Below the pieces are notes generated by a model that did no database searches, was not told the DNA's origin, and saw only the letters and a program-made list of their open reading frames with translations. A stretch of DNA of 43,517 bases, taken from assembly GCA_000004985.1 (NCBI GenBank), contig GG738958.1. The stretch is one strand, 5' to 3'. The DNA comes from Naegleria gruberi (taxonomy: Eukaryota). Position 1 is the first letter of the stretch. Each line of letters begins with the position of its first letter. A program made the translations under genes and the position numbers. Shown piece after piece: positions 30,401-42,280 of this stretch.

Positions 30401-33400
30401 NNNNNNNNNNNNNNNNNNNNNNNNNNNNNNNNNNNNNNNNNNNNNNNNNNNNNNNNNNNNNNNNNNNNNNNNNNNNNNNNNNNNNNNNNNNNNNNNNNNN
30501 NNNNNNNNNNNNNNNNNNNNNNNNNNNNNNNNNNNNNNNNNNNNNNNNNNNNNNNNNNNNNNNNNNNNNNNNNNNNNNNNNNNNNNNNNNNNNNNNNNNN
30601 NNNNNNNNNNNNNNNNNNNNNNNNNNNNNNNNNNNNNNNNNNNNNNNNNNNNNNNNNNNNNNNNNNNNNNNNNNNNNNNNNNNNNNNNNNNNNNNNNNNN
30701 NNNNNNNNNNNNNNNNNNNNNNNNNNNNNNNNNNNNNNNNNNNNNNNNNNNNNNNNNNNNNNNNNNNNNNNNNNNNNNNNNNNNNNNNNNNNNNNNNNNN
30801 NNNNNNNNNNNNNNNNNNNNNNNNNNNNNNNNNNNNNNNNNNNNNNNNNNNNNNNNNNNNNNNNNNNNNNNNNNNNNNNNNNNNNNNNNNNNNNNNNNNN
30901 NNNNNNNNNNNNNNNNNNNNNNNNNNNNNNNNNNNNNNNNNNNNNNNNNNNNNNNNNNNNNNNNNNNNNNNNNNNNNNNNNNNNNNNNNNNNNNNNNNNN
31001 NNNNNNNNNNNNNNNNNNNNNNNNNNNNNNNNNNNNNNNNNNNNNNNNNNNNNNNNNNNNNNNNNNNNNNNNNNNNNNNNNNNNNNNNNNNNNNNNNNNN
31101 NNNNNNNNNNNNNNNNNNNNNNNNNNNNNNNNNNNNNNNNNNNNNNNNNNNNNNNNNNNNNNNNNNNNNNNNNNNNNNNNNNNNNNNNNNNNNNNNNNNN
31201 NNNNNNNNNNNNNNNNNNNNNNNNNNNNNNNNNNNNNNNNNNNNNNNNNNNNNNNNNNNNNNNNNNNNNNNNNNNNNNNNNNNNNNNNNNNNNNNNNNNN
31301 NNNNNNNNNNNNNNNNNNNNNNNNNNNNNNNNNNNNNNNNNNNNNNNNNNNNNNNNNNNNNNNNNNNNNNNNNNNNNNNNNNNNNNNNNNNNNNNNNNNN
31401 NNNNNNNNNNNNNNNNNNNNNNNNNNNNNNNNNNNNNNNNNNNNNNNNNNNNNNNNNNNNNNNNNNNNNNNNNNNNNNNNNNNNNNNNNNNNNNNNNNNN
31501 NNNNNNNNNNNNNNNNNNNNNNNNNNNNNNNNNNNNNNNNNNNNNNNNNNNNNNNNNNNNNNNNNNNNNNNNNNNNNNNNNNNNNNNNNNNNNNNNNNNN
31601 NNNNNNNNNNNNNNNNNNNNNNNNNNNNNNNNNNNNNNNNNNNNNNNNNNNNNNNNNNNNNNNNNNNNNNNNNNNNNNNNNNNNNNNNNNNNNNNNNNNN
31701 NNNNNNNNNNNNNNNNNNNNNNNNNNNNNNNNNNNNNNNNNNNNNNNNNNNNNNNNNNNNNNNNNNNNNNNNNNNNNNNNNNNNNNNNNNNNNNNNNNNN
31801 NNNNNNNNNNNNNNNNNNNNNNNNNNNNNNNNNNNNNNNNNNNNNNNNNNNNNNNNNNNNNNNNNNNNNNNNNNNNNNNNNNNNNNNNNNNNNNNNNNNN
31901 NNNNNNNNNNNNNNNNNNNNNNNNNNNNNNNNNNNNNNNNNNNNNNNNNNNNNNNNNNNNNNNNNNNNNNNNNNNNNNNNNNNNNNNNNNNNNNNNNNNN
32001 NNNNNNNNNNNNNNNNNNNNNNNNNNNNNNNNNNNNNNNNNNNNNNNNNNNNNNNNNNNNNNNNNNNNNNNNNNNNNNNNNNNNNNNNNNNNNNNNNNNN
32101 NNNNNNNNNNNNNNNNNNNNNNNNNNNNNNNNNNNNNNNNNNNNNNNNNNNNNNNNNNNNNNNNNNNNNNNNNNNNNNNNNNNNNNNNNNNNNNNNNNNN
32201 NNNNNNNNNNNNNNNNNNNNNNNNNNNNNNNNNNNNNNNNNNNNNNNNNNNNNNNNNNNNNNNNNNNNNNNNNNNNNNNNNNNNNNNNNNNNNNNNNNNN
32301 NNNNNNNNNNNNNNNNNNNNNNNNNNNNNNNNNNNNNNNNNNNNNNNNNNNNNNNNNNNNNNNNNNNNNNNNNNNNNNNNNNNNNNNNNNNNNNNNNNNN
32401 NNNNNNNNNNNNNNNNNNNNNNNNNNNNNNNNNNNNNNNNNNNNNNNNNNNNNNNNNNNNNNNNNNNNNNNNNNNNNNNNNNNNNNNNNNNNNNNNNNNN
32501 NNNNNNNNNNNNNNNNNNNNNNNNNNNNNNNNNNNNNNNNNNNNNNNNNNNNNNNNNNNNNNNNNNNNNNNNNNNNNNNNNNNNNNNNNNNNNNNNNNNN
32601 NNNNNNNNNNNNNNNNNNNNNNNNNNNNNNNNNNNNNNNNNNNNNNNNNNNNNNNNNNNNNNNNNNNNNNNNNNNNNNNNNNNNNNNNNNNNNNNNNNNN
32701 NNNNNNNNNNNNNNNNNNNNNNNNNNNNNNNNNNNNNNNNNNNNNNNNNNNNNNNNNNNNNNNNNNNNNNNNNNNNNNNNNNNNNNNNNNNNNNNNNNNN
32801 NNNNNNNNNNNNNNNNNNNNNNNNNNNNNNNNNNNNNNNNNNNNNNNNNNNNNNNNNNNNNNNNNNNNNNNNNNNNNNNNNNNNNNNNNNNNNNNNNNNN
32901 NNNNNNNNNNNNNNNNNNNNNNNNNNNNNNNNNNNNNNNNNNNNNNNNNNNNNNNNNNNNNNNNNNNNNNNNNNNNNNNNNNNNNNNNNNNNNNNNNNNN
33001 NNNNNNNNNNNNNNNNNNNNNNNNNNNNNNNNNNNNNNNNNNNNNNNNNNNNNNNNNNNNNNNNNNNNNNNNNNNNNNNNNNNNNNNNNNNNNNNNNNNN
33101 NNNNNNNNNNNNNNNNNNNNNNNNNNNNNNNNNNNNNNNNNNNNNNNNNNNNNNNNNNNNNNNNNNNNNNNNNNNNNNNNNNNNNNNNNNNNNNNNNNNN
33201 NNNNNNNNNNNNNNNNNNNNNNNNNNNNNNNNNNNNNNNNNNNNNNNNNNNNNNNNNNNNNNNNNNNNNNNNNNNNNNNNNNNNNNNNNNNNNNNNNNNN
33301 NNNNNNNNNNNNNNNNNNNNNNNNNNNNNNNNNNNNNNNNNNNNNNNNNNNNNNNNNNNNNNNNNNNNNNNNNNNNNNNNNNNNNNNNNNNNNNNNNNNN

Positions 33401-35698
33401 NNNNNNNNNNNNNNNNNNNNNNNNNNNNNNNNNNNNNNNNNNNNNNNNNNNNNNNNNNNNNNNNNNNNNNNNNNNNNNNNNNNNNNNNNNNNNNNNNNNN
33501 NNNNNNNNNNNNNNNNNNNNNNNNNNNNNNNNNNNNNNNNNNNNNNNNNNNNNNNNNNNNNNNNNNNNNNNNNNNNNNNNNNNNNNNNNNNNNNNNNNNN
33601 NNNNNNNNNNNNNNNNNNNNNNNNNNNNNNNNNNNNNNNNNNNNNNNNNNNNNNNNNNNNNNNNNNNNNNNNNNNNNNNNNNNNNNNNNNNNNNNNNNNN
33701 NNNNNNNNNNNNNNNNNNNNNNNNNNNNNNNNNNNNNNNNNNNNNNNNNNNNNNNNNNNNNNNNNNNNNNNNNNNNNNNNNNNNNNNNNNNNNNNNNNNN
33801 NNNNNNNNNNNNNNNNNNNNNNNNNNNNNNNNNNNNNNNNNNNNNNNNNNNNNNNNNNNNNNNNNNNNNNNNNNNNNNNNNNNNNNNNNNNNNNNNNNNN
33901 NNNNNNNNNNNNNNNNNNNNNNNNNNNNNNNNNNNNNNNNNNNNNNNNNNNNNNNNNNNNNNNNNNNNNNNNNNNNNNNNNNNNNNNNNNNNNNNNNNNN
34001 NNNNNNNNNNNNNNNNNNNNNNNNNNNNNNNNNNNNNNNNNNNNNNNNNNNNNNNNNNNNNNNNNNNNNNNNNNNNNNNNNNNNNNNNNNNNNNNNNNNN
34101 NNNNNNNNNNNNNNNNNNNNNNNNNNNNNNNNNNNNNNNNNNNNNNNNNNNNNNNNNNNNNNNNNNNNNNNNNNNNNNNNNNNNNNNNNNNNNNNNNNNN
34201 NNNNNNNNNNNNNNNNNNNNNNNNNNNNNNNNNNNNNNNNNNNNNNNNNNNNNNNNNNNNNNNNNNNNNNNNNNNNNNNNNNNNNNNNNNNNNNNNNNNN
34301 NNNNNNNNNNNNNNNNNNNNNNNNNNNNNNNNNNNNNNNNNNNNNNNNNNNNNNNNNNNNNNNNNNNNNNNNNNNNNNNNNNNNNNNNNNNNNNNNNNNN
34401 NNNNNNNNNNNNNNNNNNNNNNNNNNNNNNNNNNNNNNNNNNNNNNNNNNNNNNNNNNNNNNNNNNNNNNNNNNNNNNNNNNNNNNNNNNNNNNNNNNNN
34501 NNNNNNNNNNNNNNNNNNNNNNNNNNNNNNNNNNNNNNNNNNNNNNNNNNNNNNNNNNNNNNNNNNNNNNNNNNNNNNNNNNNNNNNNNNNNNNNNNNNN
34601 NNNNNNNNNNNNNNNNNNNNNNNNNNNNNNNNNNNNNNNNNNNNNNNNNNNNNNNNNNNNNNNNNNNNNNNNNNNNNNNNNNNNNNNNNNNNNNNNNNNN
34701 NNNNNNNNNNNNNNNNNNNNNNNNNNNNNNNNNNNNNNNNNNNNNNNNNNNNNNNNNNNNNNNNNNNNNNNNNNNNNNNNNNNNNNNNNNNNNNNNNNNN
34801 NNNNNNNNNNNNNNNNNNNNNNNNNNNNNNNNNNNNNNNNNNNNNNNNNNNNNNNNNNNNNNNNNNNNNNNNNNNNNNNNNNNNNNNNNNNNNNNNNNNN
34901 NNNNNNNNNNNNNNNNNNNNNNNNNNNNNNNNNNNNNNNNNNNNNNNNNNNNNNNNNNNNNNNNNNNNNNNNNNNNNNNNNNNNNNNNNNNNNNNNNNNN
35001 NNNNNNNNNNNNNNNNNNNNNNNNNNNNNNNNNNNNNNNNNNNNNNNNNNNNNNNNNNNNNNNNNNNNNNNNNNNNNNNNNNNNNNNNNNNNNNNNNNNN
35101 NNNNNNNNNNNNNNNNNNNNNNNNNNNNNNNNNNNNNNNNNNNNNNNNNNNNNNNNNNNNNNNNNNNNNNNNNNNNNNNNNNNNNNNNNNNNNNNNNNNN
35201 NNNNNNNNNNNNNNNNNNNNNNNNNNNNNNNNNNNNNNNNNNNNNNNNNNNNNNNNNNNNNNNNNNNNNNNNNNNNNNNNNNNNNNNNNNNNNNNNNNNN
35301 NNNNNNNNNNNNNNNNNNNNNNNNNNNNNNNNNNNNNNNNNNNNNNNNNNNNNNNNNNNNNNNNNNNNNNNNNNNNNNNNNNNNNNNNNNNNNNNNNNNN
35401 NNNNNNNNNNNNNNNNNNNNNNNNNNNNNNNNNNNNNNNNNNNNNNNNNNNNNNNNNNNNNNNNNNNNNNNNNNNNNNNNNNNNNNNNNNNNNNNNNNNN
35501 NNNNNNNNNNNNNNNNNNNNNNNNNNNNNNNNNNNNNNNNNNNNNNNNNNNNNNNNNNNNNNNNNNNNNNNNNNNNNNNNNNNNNNNNNNNNNNNNNNNN
35601 NNNNNNNNNNNNNNNNNNNNNNNNNNNNNNNNNNNNNNNNNNNNNNNNNNNNNNNNNNNNNNNNNNNNNNNNNNNNNNNNNNNNNNNNNNNNNNNNNN
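12485..35698. other. Run of 23,214 N (assembly gap or hard-masked region); content unknowable
   Basis: Direct count from coordinates: first n at 12485, last at 35698. Begins about 400 bp upstream of family member E. Confidence 1.
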
Positions 35699-36051
35699 TC
35701 CAGATATTGCTCCTCCCTTTTGATGATGATTATATTTCCTGTTGTTCGTTATCATTTCTCTCCGATAAAAATCATAAGAAAAAACACACAAGCAGCACCC
35801 GATGCTGTCTCTTTGATTTCAGCACAGTCGCCACACAATCCAAAATTGTTGTGGGTGGCCCTGTTTTTGCTTATTCGTAGTGTGGAGCTTTTTTTTTGTG
35901 TGTTTGATTTGTGGTTTTGCAGAGACATAATTGGCAGAATATCATACACGAATGGGCATGTTCCCAACCCGATATGATCATATCTCACTGTTTACATGTT
36001 TAATGGAACAAACTTGAGAATCTTGAGAATTAAATTGATGTTTTATTTGAG

Positions 36052-37280
36052 TTATAAGAGAGTAGCTCTTTCACCAGAGACACGTTTGTAATTCCTTACA
36101 AACATGACAACGGTCACAATGAGTAAGGCAACTGCAAAGATTAAGAAGAGAGCACATAGGGAAATAATGATACCAAAGAAGGCCTTACCAACTTTCATAT
36201 CTTCTGAAATCACACAAGTATTCTTTGAGGCATTGTAATCATAACCATCATCACAAGCGAATGGACAATTGTTGGTAGTGGATGAGTTGGTGTAGACTGC
36301 ATTTTCAGCTGGCTTATTAGTACAAGCAGTACAGGAAAGTTGACCTGGGTTATATTCACCAATGGCACATGGAATGCAGTTCTTCTTTTCAGCAGAGAAA
36401 CCAAATCCAGGATTACAGCTGGTCAAGATACAGGTTGGAACATATTTACCAGTGTTGGTATTACAATTTTGAACACCTTGTCCATTTGTCAAGTTACATG
36501 CCTTGGTTTGCCATTTAGCACAAATATCAAAGAATTTCATAGTATCAATCCAAACCTTTGATCTATCAACAGCACTTTCCTTAGTATAACTCAATCTGAA
36601 ATCAGAACCTTCAAAGAAGAATTCCAAAGGTGTTAATTCATTTTGATTCCAAGCATAAGCTTCACGAATGGCAAATCTGAATCTTGATTGAACTGGAAGT
36701 GGCTTTGGAGTAACATCTGAATTAATGTTCAAACTCTTAATATCAGCAAGTAAATCTTCAAATTCATAAACTTGACCACCTGGAACTTGTGCAATTTGTT
36801 GTGGTTGACCACTCAAACCACCAACGACAACAGTCTTTACCTTTTGAGATTCTTGGAGGTGACGAGTGAACAATGCACAAGTGGAGGCACATCTACCATT
36901 TGAGAGGAGAATGAAATCATCTGGTGAGTACTTTAACAAATCTTCACCAGTGAAATAGTAATTATCAAATGATGGTTGACAATAATTTTCCTTAAGAATG
37001 GATGAATAGAATGCTGGTTTTCCATCAGTACCTCTAATGTAACTCTTTTGATTGGTATACCAAGTTTCATCTTTGAAATTCTTTCCATCAATAGTCTTCC
37101 AAGTAGCAAAATTCCAAATAGAATCAGCATCTGGTGACAATTTGGTTCCAGCAGTTGCTAATTGTCTTCCCAATTCTGTGGCAATCATGTCAGTTCTAGC
37201 AAAGAGAGTTTCAAAATTGCTAGAGAAGGCATTAGAGTGCAAATATTTAATGAGGGCATAACCCAAACATTCTTCACCAC
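36052..37280 (-). CDS. Terminal exon of a peptidase S41 (C-terminal processing/tail-specific protease family)-like type I membrane protein: catalytic-core C-terminal half, Cys-rich stalk, single TM, short cytoplasmic tail
   Basis: Stop tta at 36052-36054. Aligns by eye to E. coli Prc/CtpA around the serine motif: LLSNGRCASTCALFTRHLQESQKVKTVVVGG versus VLVDRFSASASEIFAAAMQDYGRALVVGE. This is followed by a Cys-rich region (CNLTNGQGVQNC...CIPCAIGEYNPGQLSCTACTN...CPFACDDGYDYNASKNTC; TNFR/furin/GCC2-GCC3-like spacing), then a hydrophobic TM FFGIIISLCALFLIFAVALLIVTVVMFV and tail RNYKRVSGERATLL. The exon starts at 37280 directly after an AAATAG acceptor. The ORF-track start at 37266 is a TTG printed as M, not a real start. 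AATAAA (tttatt at 36042-36047 on +) lies 4 nt past the stop. Confidence 0.8.
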
Positions 37281-37359
37281 CTATTTGTTATTAAATTAAT
37301 CAGAATAGTATTAGTATTTGGAAATTATTTGAATAATAATGTTAAAATAGAATACATAC
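37281..37359 (-). other. Spliceosomal intron (79 nt) of the S41-like gene: donor GGTG|GTATGT, branch-like TACTAAT, acceptor AAATAG|GT
   Basis: Read-through gives NNGG-MYSILTLLFK-stop inside this segment. Splicing 37360 to 37280 instead joins ...IIVDVTNNGG + G + EECLGYALIKYLH in frame. This recreates the S41 hallmark D.R.NGGG (Prc IIDLRSNGGG), and the upstream peptide ITVESLFPKDEVQFAKDFQTAMYLAKLNKIPRIIVDVTNNGGG parallels Prc IGVLKIPGFYVGLTDDVKVQLQKLEKQNVSSVIIDLRSNGGG. Confidence 0.8.
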
Positions 37360-37485
37360 CACCATTGTTGGTAACATCGACAATAATACGTGGAATCTTA
37401 TTGAGCTTGGCAAGATACATGGCTGTTTGGAAATCTTTAGCAAATTGAACTTCATCTTTTGGAAACAAAGATTCAACAGTAATAA
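37360..37485 (-). CDS. Internal exon of the S41-like gene (5' end truncated by the N run): ...ITVESLFPKDEVQFAKDFQTAMYLAKLNKIPRIIVDVTNNGG
   Basis: See intron evidence. The N-terminal roughly 250-300 aa expected for an S41 domain (PDZ plus signal peptide) must lie in the masked 37486-41735 interval. Confidence 0.75.
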
Positions 37486-40400
37486 NNNNNNNNNNNNNNN
37501 NNNNNNNNNNNNNNNNNNNNNNNNNNNNNNNNNNNNNNNNNNNNNNNNNNNNNNNNNNNNNNNNNNNNNNNNNNNNNNNNNNNNNNNNNNNNNNNNNNNN
37601 NNNNNNNNNNNNNNNNNNNNNNNNNNNNNNNNNNNNNNNNNNNNNNNNNNNNNNNNNNNNNNNNNNNNNNNNNNNNNNNNNNNNNNNNNNNNNNNNNNNN
37701 NNNNNNNNNNNNNNNNNNNNNNNNNNNNNNNNNNNNNNNNNNNNNNNNNNNNNNNNNNNNNNNNNNNNNNNNNNNNNNNNNNNNNNNNNNNNNNNNNNNN
37801 NNNNNNNNNNNNNNNNNNNNNNNNNNNNNNNNNNNNNNNNNNNNNNNNNNNNNNNNNNNNNNNNNNNNNNNNNNNNNNNNNNNNNNNNNNNNNNNNNNNN
37901 NNNNNNNNNNNNNNNNNNNNNNNNNNNNNNNNNNNNNNNNNNNNNNNNNNNNNNNNNNNNNNNNNNNNNNNNNNNNNNNNNNNNNNNNNNNNNNNNNNNN
38001 NNNNNNNNNNNNNNNNNNNNNNNNNNNNNNNNNNNNNNNNNNNNNNNNNNNNNNNNNNNNNNNNNNNNNNNNNNNNNNNNNNNNNNNNNNNNNNNNNNNN
38101 NNNNNNNNNNNNNNNNNNNNNNNNNNNNNNNNNNNNNNNNNNNNNNNNNNNNNNNNNNNNNNNNNNNNNNNNNNNNNNNNNNNNNNNNNNNNNNNNNNNN
38201 NNNNNNNNNNNNNNNNNNNNNNNNNNNNNNNNNNNNNNNNNNNNNNNNNNNNNNNNNNNNNNNNNNNNNNNNNNNNNNNNNNNNNNNNNNNNNNNNNNNN
38301 NNNNNNNNNNNNNNNNNNNNNNNNNNNNNNNNNNNNNNNNNNNNNNNNNNNNNNNNNNNNNNNNNNNNNNNNNNNNNNNNNNNNNNNNNNNNNNNNNNNN
38401 NNNNNNNNNNNNNNNNNNNNNNNNNNNNNNNNNNNNNNNNNNNNNNNNNNNNNNNNNNNNNNNNNNNNNNNNNNNNNNNNNNNNNNNNNNNNNNNNNNNN
38501 NNNNNNNNNNNNNNNNNNNNNNNNNNNNNNNNNNNNNNNNNNNNNNNNNNNNNNNNNNNNNNNNNNNNNNNNNNNNNNNNNNNNNNNNNNNNNNNNNNNN
38601 NNNNNNNNNNNNNNNNNNNNNNNNNNNNNNNNNNNNNNNNNNNNNNNNNNNNNNNNNNNNNNNNNNNNNNNNNNNNNNNNNNNNNNNNNNNNNNNNNNNN
38701 NNNNNNNNNNNNNNNNNNNNNNNNNNNNNNNNNNNNNNNNNNNNNNNNNNNNNNNNNNNNNNNNNNNNNNNNNNNNNNNNNNNNNNNNNNNNNNNNNNNN
38801 NNNNNNNNNNNNNNNNNNNNNNNNNNNNNNNNNNNNNNNNNNNNNNNNNNNNNNNNNNNNNNNNNNNNNNNNNNNNNNNNNNNNNNNNNNNNNNNNNNNN
38901 NNNNNNNNNNNNNNNNNNNNNNNNNNNNNNNNNNNNNNNNNNNNNNNNNNNNNNNNNNNNNNNNNNNNNNNNNNNNNNNNNNNNNNNNNNNNNNNNNNNN
39001 NNNNNNNNNNNNNNNNNNNNNNNNNNNNNNNNNNNNNNNNNNNNNNNNNNNNNNNNNNNNNNNNNNNNNNNNNNNNNNNNNNNNNNNNNNNNNNNNNNNN
39101 NNNNNNNNNNNNNNNNNNNNNNNNNNNNNNNNNNNNNNNNNNNNNNNNNNNNNNNNNNNNNNNNNNNNNNNNNNNNNNNNNNNNNNNNNNNNNNNNNNNN
39201 NNNNNNNNNNNNNNNNNNNNNNNNNNNNNNNNNNNNNNNNNNNNNNNNNNNNNNNNNNNNNNNNNNNNNNNNNNNNNNNNNNNNNNNNNNNNNNNNNNNN
39301 NNNNNNNNNNNNNNNNNNNNNNNNNNNNNNNNNNNNNNNNNNNNNNNNNNNNNNNNNNNNNNNNNNNNNNNNNNNNNNNNNNNNNNNNNNNNNNNNNNNN
39401 NNNNNNNNNNNNNNNNNNNNNNNNNNNNNNNNNNNNNNNNNNNNNNNNNNNNNNNNNNNNNNNNNNNNNNNNNNNNNNNNNNNNNNNNNNNNNNNNNNNN
39501 NNNNNNNNNNNNNNNNNNNNNNNNNNNNNNNNNNNNNNNNNNNNNNNNNNNNNNNNNNNNNNNNNNNNNNNNNNNNNNNNNNNNNNNNNNNNNNNNNNNN
39601 NNNNNNNNNNNNNNNNNNNNNNNNNNNNNNNNNNNNNNNNNNNNNNNNNNNNNNNNNNNNNNNNNNNNNNNNNNNNNNNNNNNNNNNNNNNNNNNNNNNN
39701 NNNNNNNNNNNNNNNNNNNNNNNNNNNNNNNNNNNNNNNNNNNNNNNNNNNNNNNNNNNNNNNNNNNNNNNNNNNNNNNNNNNNNNNNNNNNNNNNNNNN
39801 NNNNNNNNNNNNNNNNNNNNNNNNNNNNNNNNNNNNNNNNNNNNNNNNNNNNNNNNNNNNNNNNNNNNNNNNNNNNNNNNNNNNNNNNNNNNNNNNNNNN
39901 NNNNNNNNNNNNNNNNNNNNNNNNNNNNNNNNNNNNNNNNNNNNNNNNNNNNNNNNNNNNNNNNNNNNNNNNNNNNNNNNNNNNNNNNNNNNNNNNNNNN
40001 NNNNNNNNNNNNNNNNNNNNNNNNNNNNNNNNNNNNNNNNNNNNNNNNNNNNNNNNNNNNNNNNNNNNNNNNNNNNNNNNNNNNNNNNNNNNNNNNNNNN
40101 NNNNNNNNNNNNNNNNNNNNNNNNNNNNNNNNNNNNNNNNNNNNNNNNNNNNNNNNNNNNNNNNNNNNNNNNNNNNNNNNNNNNNNNNNNNNNNNNNNNN
40201 NNNNNNNNNNNNNNNNNNNNNNNNNNNNNNNNNNNNNNNNNNNNNNNNNNNNNNNNNNNNNNNNNNNNNNNNNNNNNNNNNNNNNNNNNNNNNNNNNNNN
40301 NNNNNNNNNNNNNNNNNNNNNNNNNNNNNNNNNNNNNNNNNNNNNNNNNNNNNNNNNNNNNNNNNNNNNNNNNNNNNNNNNNNNNNNNNNNNNNNNNNNN

Positions 40401-41735
40401 NNNNNNNNNNNNNNNNNNNNNNNNNNNNNNNNNNNNNNNNNNNNNNNNNNNNNNNNNNNNNNNNNNNNNNNNNNNNNNNNNNNNNNNNNNNNNNNNNNNN
40501 NNNNNNNNNNNNNNNNNNNNNNNNNNNNNNNNNNNNNNNNNNNNNNNNNNNNNNNNNNNNNNNNNNNNNNNNNNNNNNNNNNNNNNNNNNNNNNNNNNNN
40601 NNNNNNNNNNNNNNNNNNNNNNNNNNNNNNNNNNNNNNNNNNNNNNNNNNNNNNNNNNNNNNNNNNNNNNNNNNNNNNNNNNNNNNNNNNNNNNNNNNNN
40701 NNNNNNNNNNNNNNNNNNNNNNNNNNNNNNNNNNNNNNNNNNNNNNNNNNNNNNNNNNNNNNNNNNNNNNNNNNNNNNNNNNNNNNNNNNNNNNNNNNNN
40801 NNNNNNNNNNNNNNNNNNNNNNNNNNNNNNNNNNNNNNNNNNNNNNNNNNNNNNNNNNNNNNNNNNNNNNNNNNNNNNNNNNNNNNNNNNNNNNNNNNNN
40901 NNNNNNNNNNNNNNNNNNNNNNNNNNNNNNNNNNNNNNNNNNNNNNNNNNNNNNNNNNNNNNNNNNNNNNNNNNNNNNNNNNNNNNNNNNNNNNNNNNNN
41001 NNNNNNNNNNNNNNNNNNNNNNNNNNNNNNNNNNNNNNNNNNNNNNNNNNNNNNNNNNNNNNNNNNNNNNNNNNNNNNNNNNNNNNNNNNNNNNNNNNNN
41101 NNNNNNNNNNNNNNNNNNNNNNNNNNNNNNNNNNNNNNNNNNNNNNNNNNNNNNNNNNNNNNNNNNNNNNNNNNNNNNNNNNNNNNNNNNNNNNNNNNNN
41201 NNNNNNNNNNNNNNNNNNNNNNNNNNNNNNNNNNNNNNNNNNNNNNNNNNNNNNNNNNNNNNNNNNNNNNNNNNNNNNNNNNNNNNNNNNNNNNNNNNNN
41301 NNNNNNNNNNNNNNNNNNNNNNNNNNNNNNNNNNNNNNNNNNNNNNNNNNNNNNNNNNNNNNNNNNNNNNNNNNNNNNNNNNNNNNNNNNNNNNNNNNNN
41401 NNNNNNNNNNNNNNNNNNNNNNNNNNNNNNNNNNNNNNNNNNNNNNNNNNNNNNNNNNNNNNNNNNNNNNNNNNNNNNNNNNNNNNNNNNNNNNNNNNNN
41501 NNNNNNNNNNNNNNNNNNNNNNNNNNNNNNNNNNNNNNNNNNNNNNNNNNNNNNNNNNNNNNNNNNNNNNNNNNNNNNNNNNNNNNNNNNNNNNNNNNNN
41601 NNNNNNNNNNNNNNNNNNNNNNNNNNNNNNNNNNNNNNNNNNNNNNNNNNNNNNNNNNNNNNNNNNNNNNNNNNNNNNNNNNNNNNNNNNNNNNNNNNNN
41701 NNNNNNNNNNNNNNNNNNNNNNNNNNNNNNNNNNN
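37486..41735. other. Run of 4,250 N (gap/masked); hides the 5' portion of the S41-like gene and the 3' portion of the membrane-protein gene starting at 42280
   Basis: First n at 37486, last n at 41735, by coordinate count. Confidence 1.
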
Positions 41736-42280
41736 TGCCATCCAAGATGAACACCATAATAACGAATCACTCCACGACAATCATTTTCAGGTTGCCAAAC
41801 CACAAACTCATCCAAATTTGGAAAACTTCCACTTGCTTCCATCTTTTCATCTTGAGTTGGTTTTCTTGGCTTTACCTCCTCTGCCCAATGAATTCTCTCA
41901 TCCAAATGAGAATAATAATGAACTGTCATTTGTCCACTAATGTACCAAATGCCGAGCGTCAAATAATTCAACATGTTATTCCAGAAACATCTAAAAATAA
42001 TGCCAAAACCATGAGAAGTATCATAATTCAAACGACGATTACCAATTCTCATCTTTCTAACTTCGTAACGAGTAATTTGATTGACGAATAAGAGTTCTGA
42101 AAGTCCCAATGTGATTACCTTGAACAAGAAGAACATTATTGCTTCACATGGGTTGTGTTCTCTGCAACCAAAGATTCTATTCTTGACATGACGTTCTTGG
42201 TTGAGTTGGTGGATATTGAGAGGGGTCTTTTGCGAGGAAGGAGAGGTGGAGGTAGCTCCTTGCATTTCGTATGAAGCCAT
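41736..42280 (-). CDS. 5' exon or exons (N-terminal about 180 aa) of a polytopic membrane protein of unassigned family; remainder hidden in the N run
   Basis: ATG = cat at 42278-42280. Open in frame from the gap edge: MASYEMQGATSTSPSSQKTPLNIHQLNQERHVKNRIFGCREHNPCEAIMFFLFKVITLGLSELLFVNQ...GIIFRCFWNNMLNYLTLGIWYISGQ...DEFVVWQPENDCRGVIRYYGVHLGW. It has a hydrophobic helix about 50 aa in and aromatic/W-rich segments. I compared it by memory to P4/P5 ATPases and CDC50 and found no convincing match. Internal introns cannot be excluded. Confidence 0.4.

Noticed and set aside
12436-35977. Three giant ORFs (7771-7839 aa) spanning the 23-kb N run
   Set aside because: They are translations of N (poly-X). 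Only the few real codons at the edges exist, and they carry no coding evidence.
35752-35988. 78-aa minus-strand ORF in the GC-richer flank after the large gap
   Set aside because: No start-context support, atypical composition, no similarity to anything I recognise. It lies downstream of the S41 gene on the minus strand and is most simply 3' UTR or intergenic.
36052-37266. Using the ORF-track start (M at 37266) as the S41-like gene start
   Set aside because: The codon at 37264-37266 is TTG (alternative start reported as M by the ORF finder). The reading frame continues open to an AAATAG acceptor at 37281-37286, and splicing to the upstream exon restores the S41 NGGG motif.
37342-42091. ORFs 37342..41757, 37473..41780 (minus strand) and 37427..42091 (+ strand) across the 4.25-kb N run
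   Set aside because: Poly-X artefacts. Only the 37325..42280 frame carries real coding sequence at both ends, and that track ORF wrongly fuses two separate genes (S41 exon and membrane-protein N-terminus) through the Ns and through an intron.
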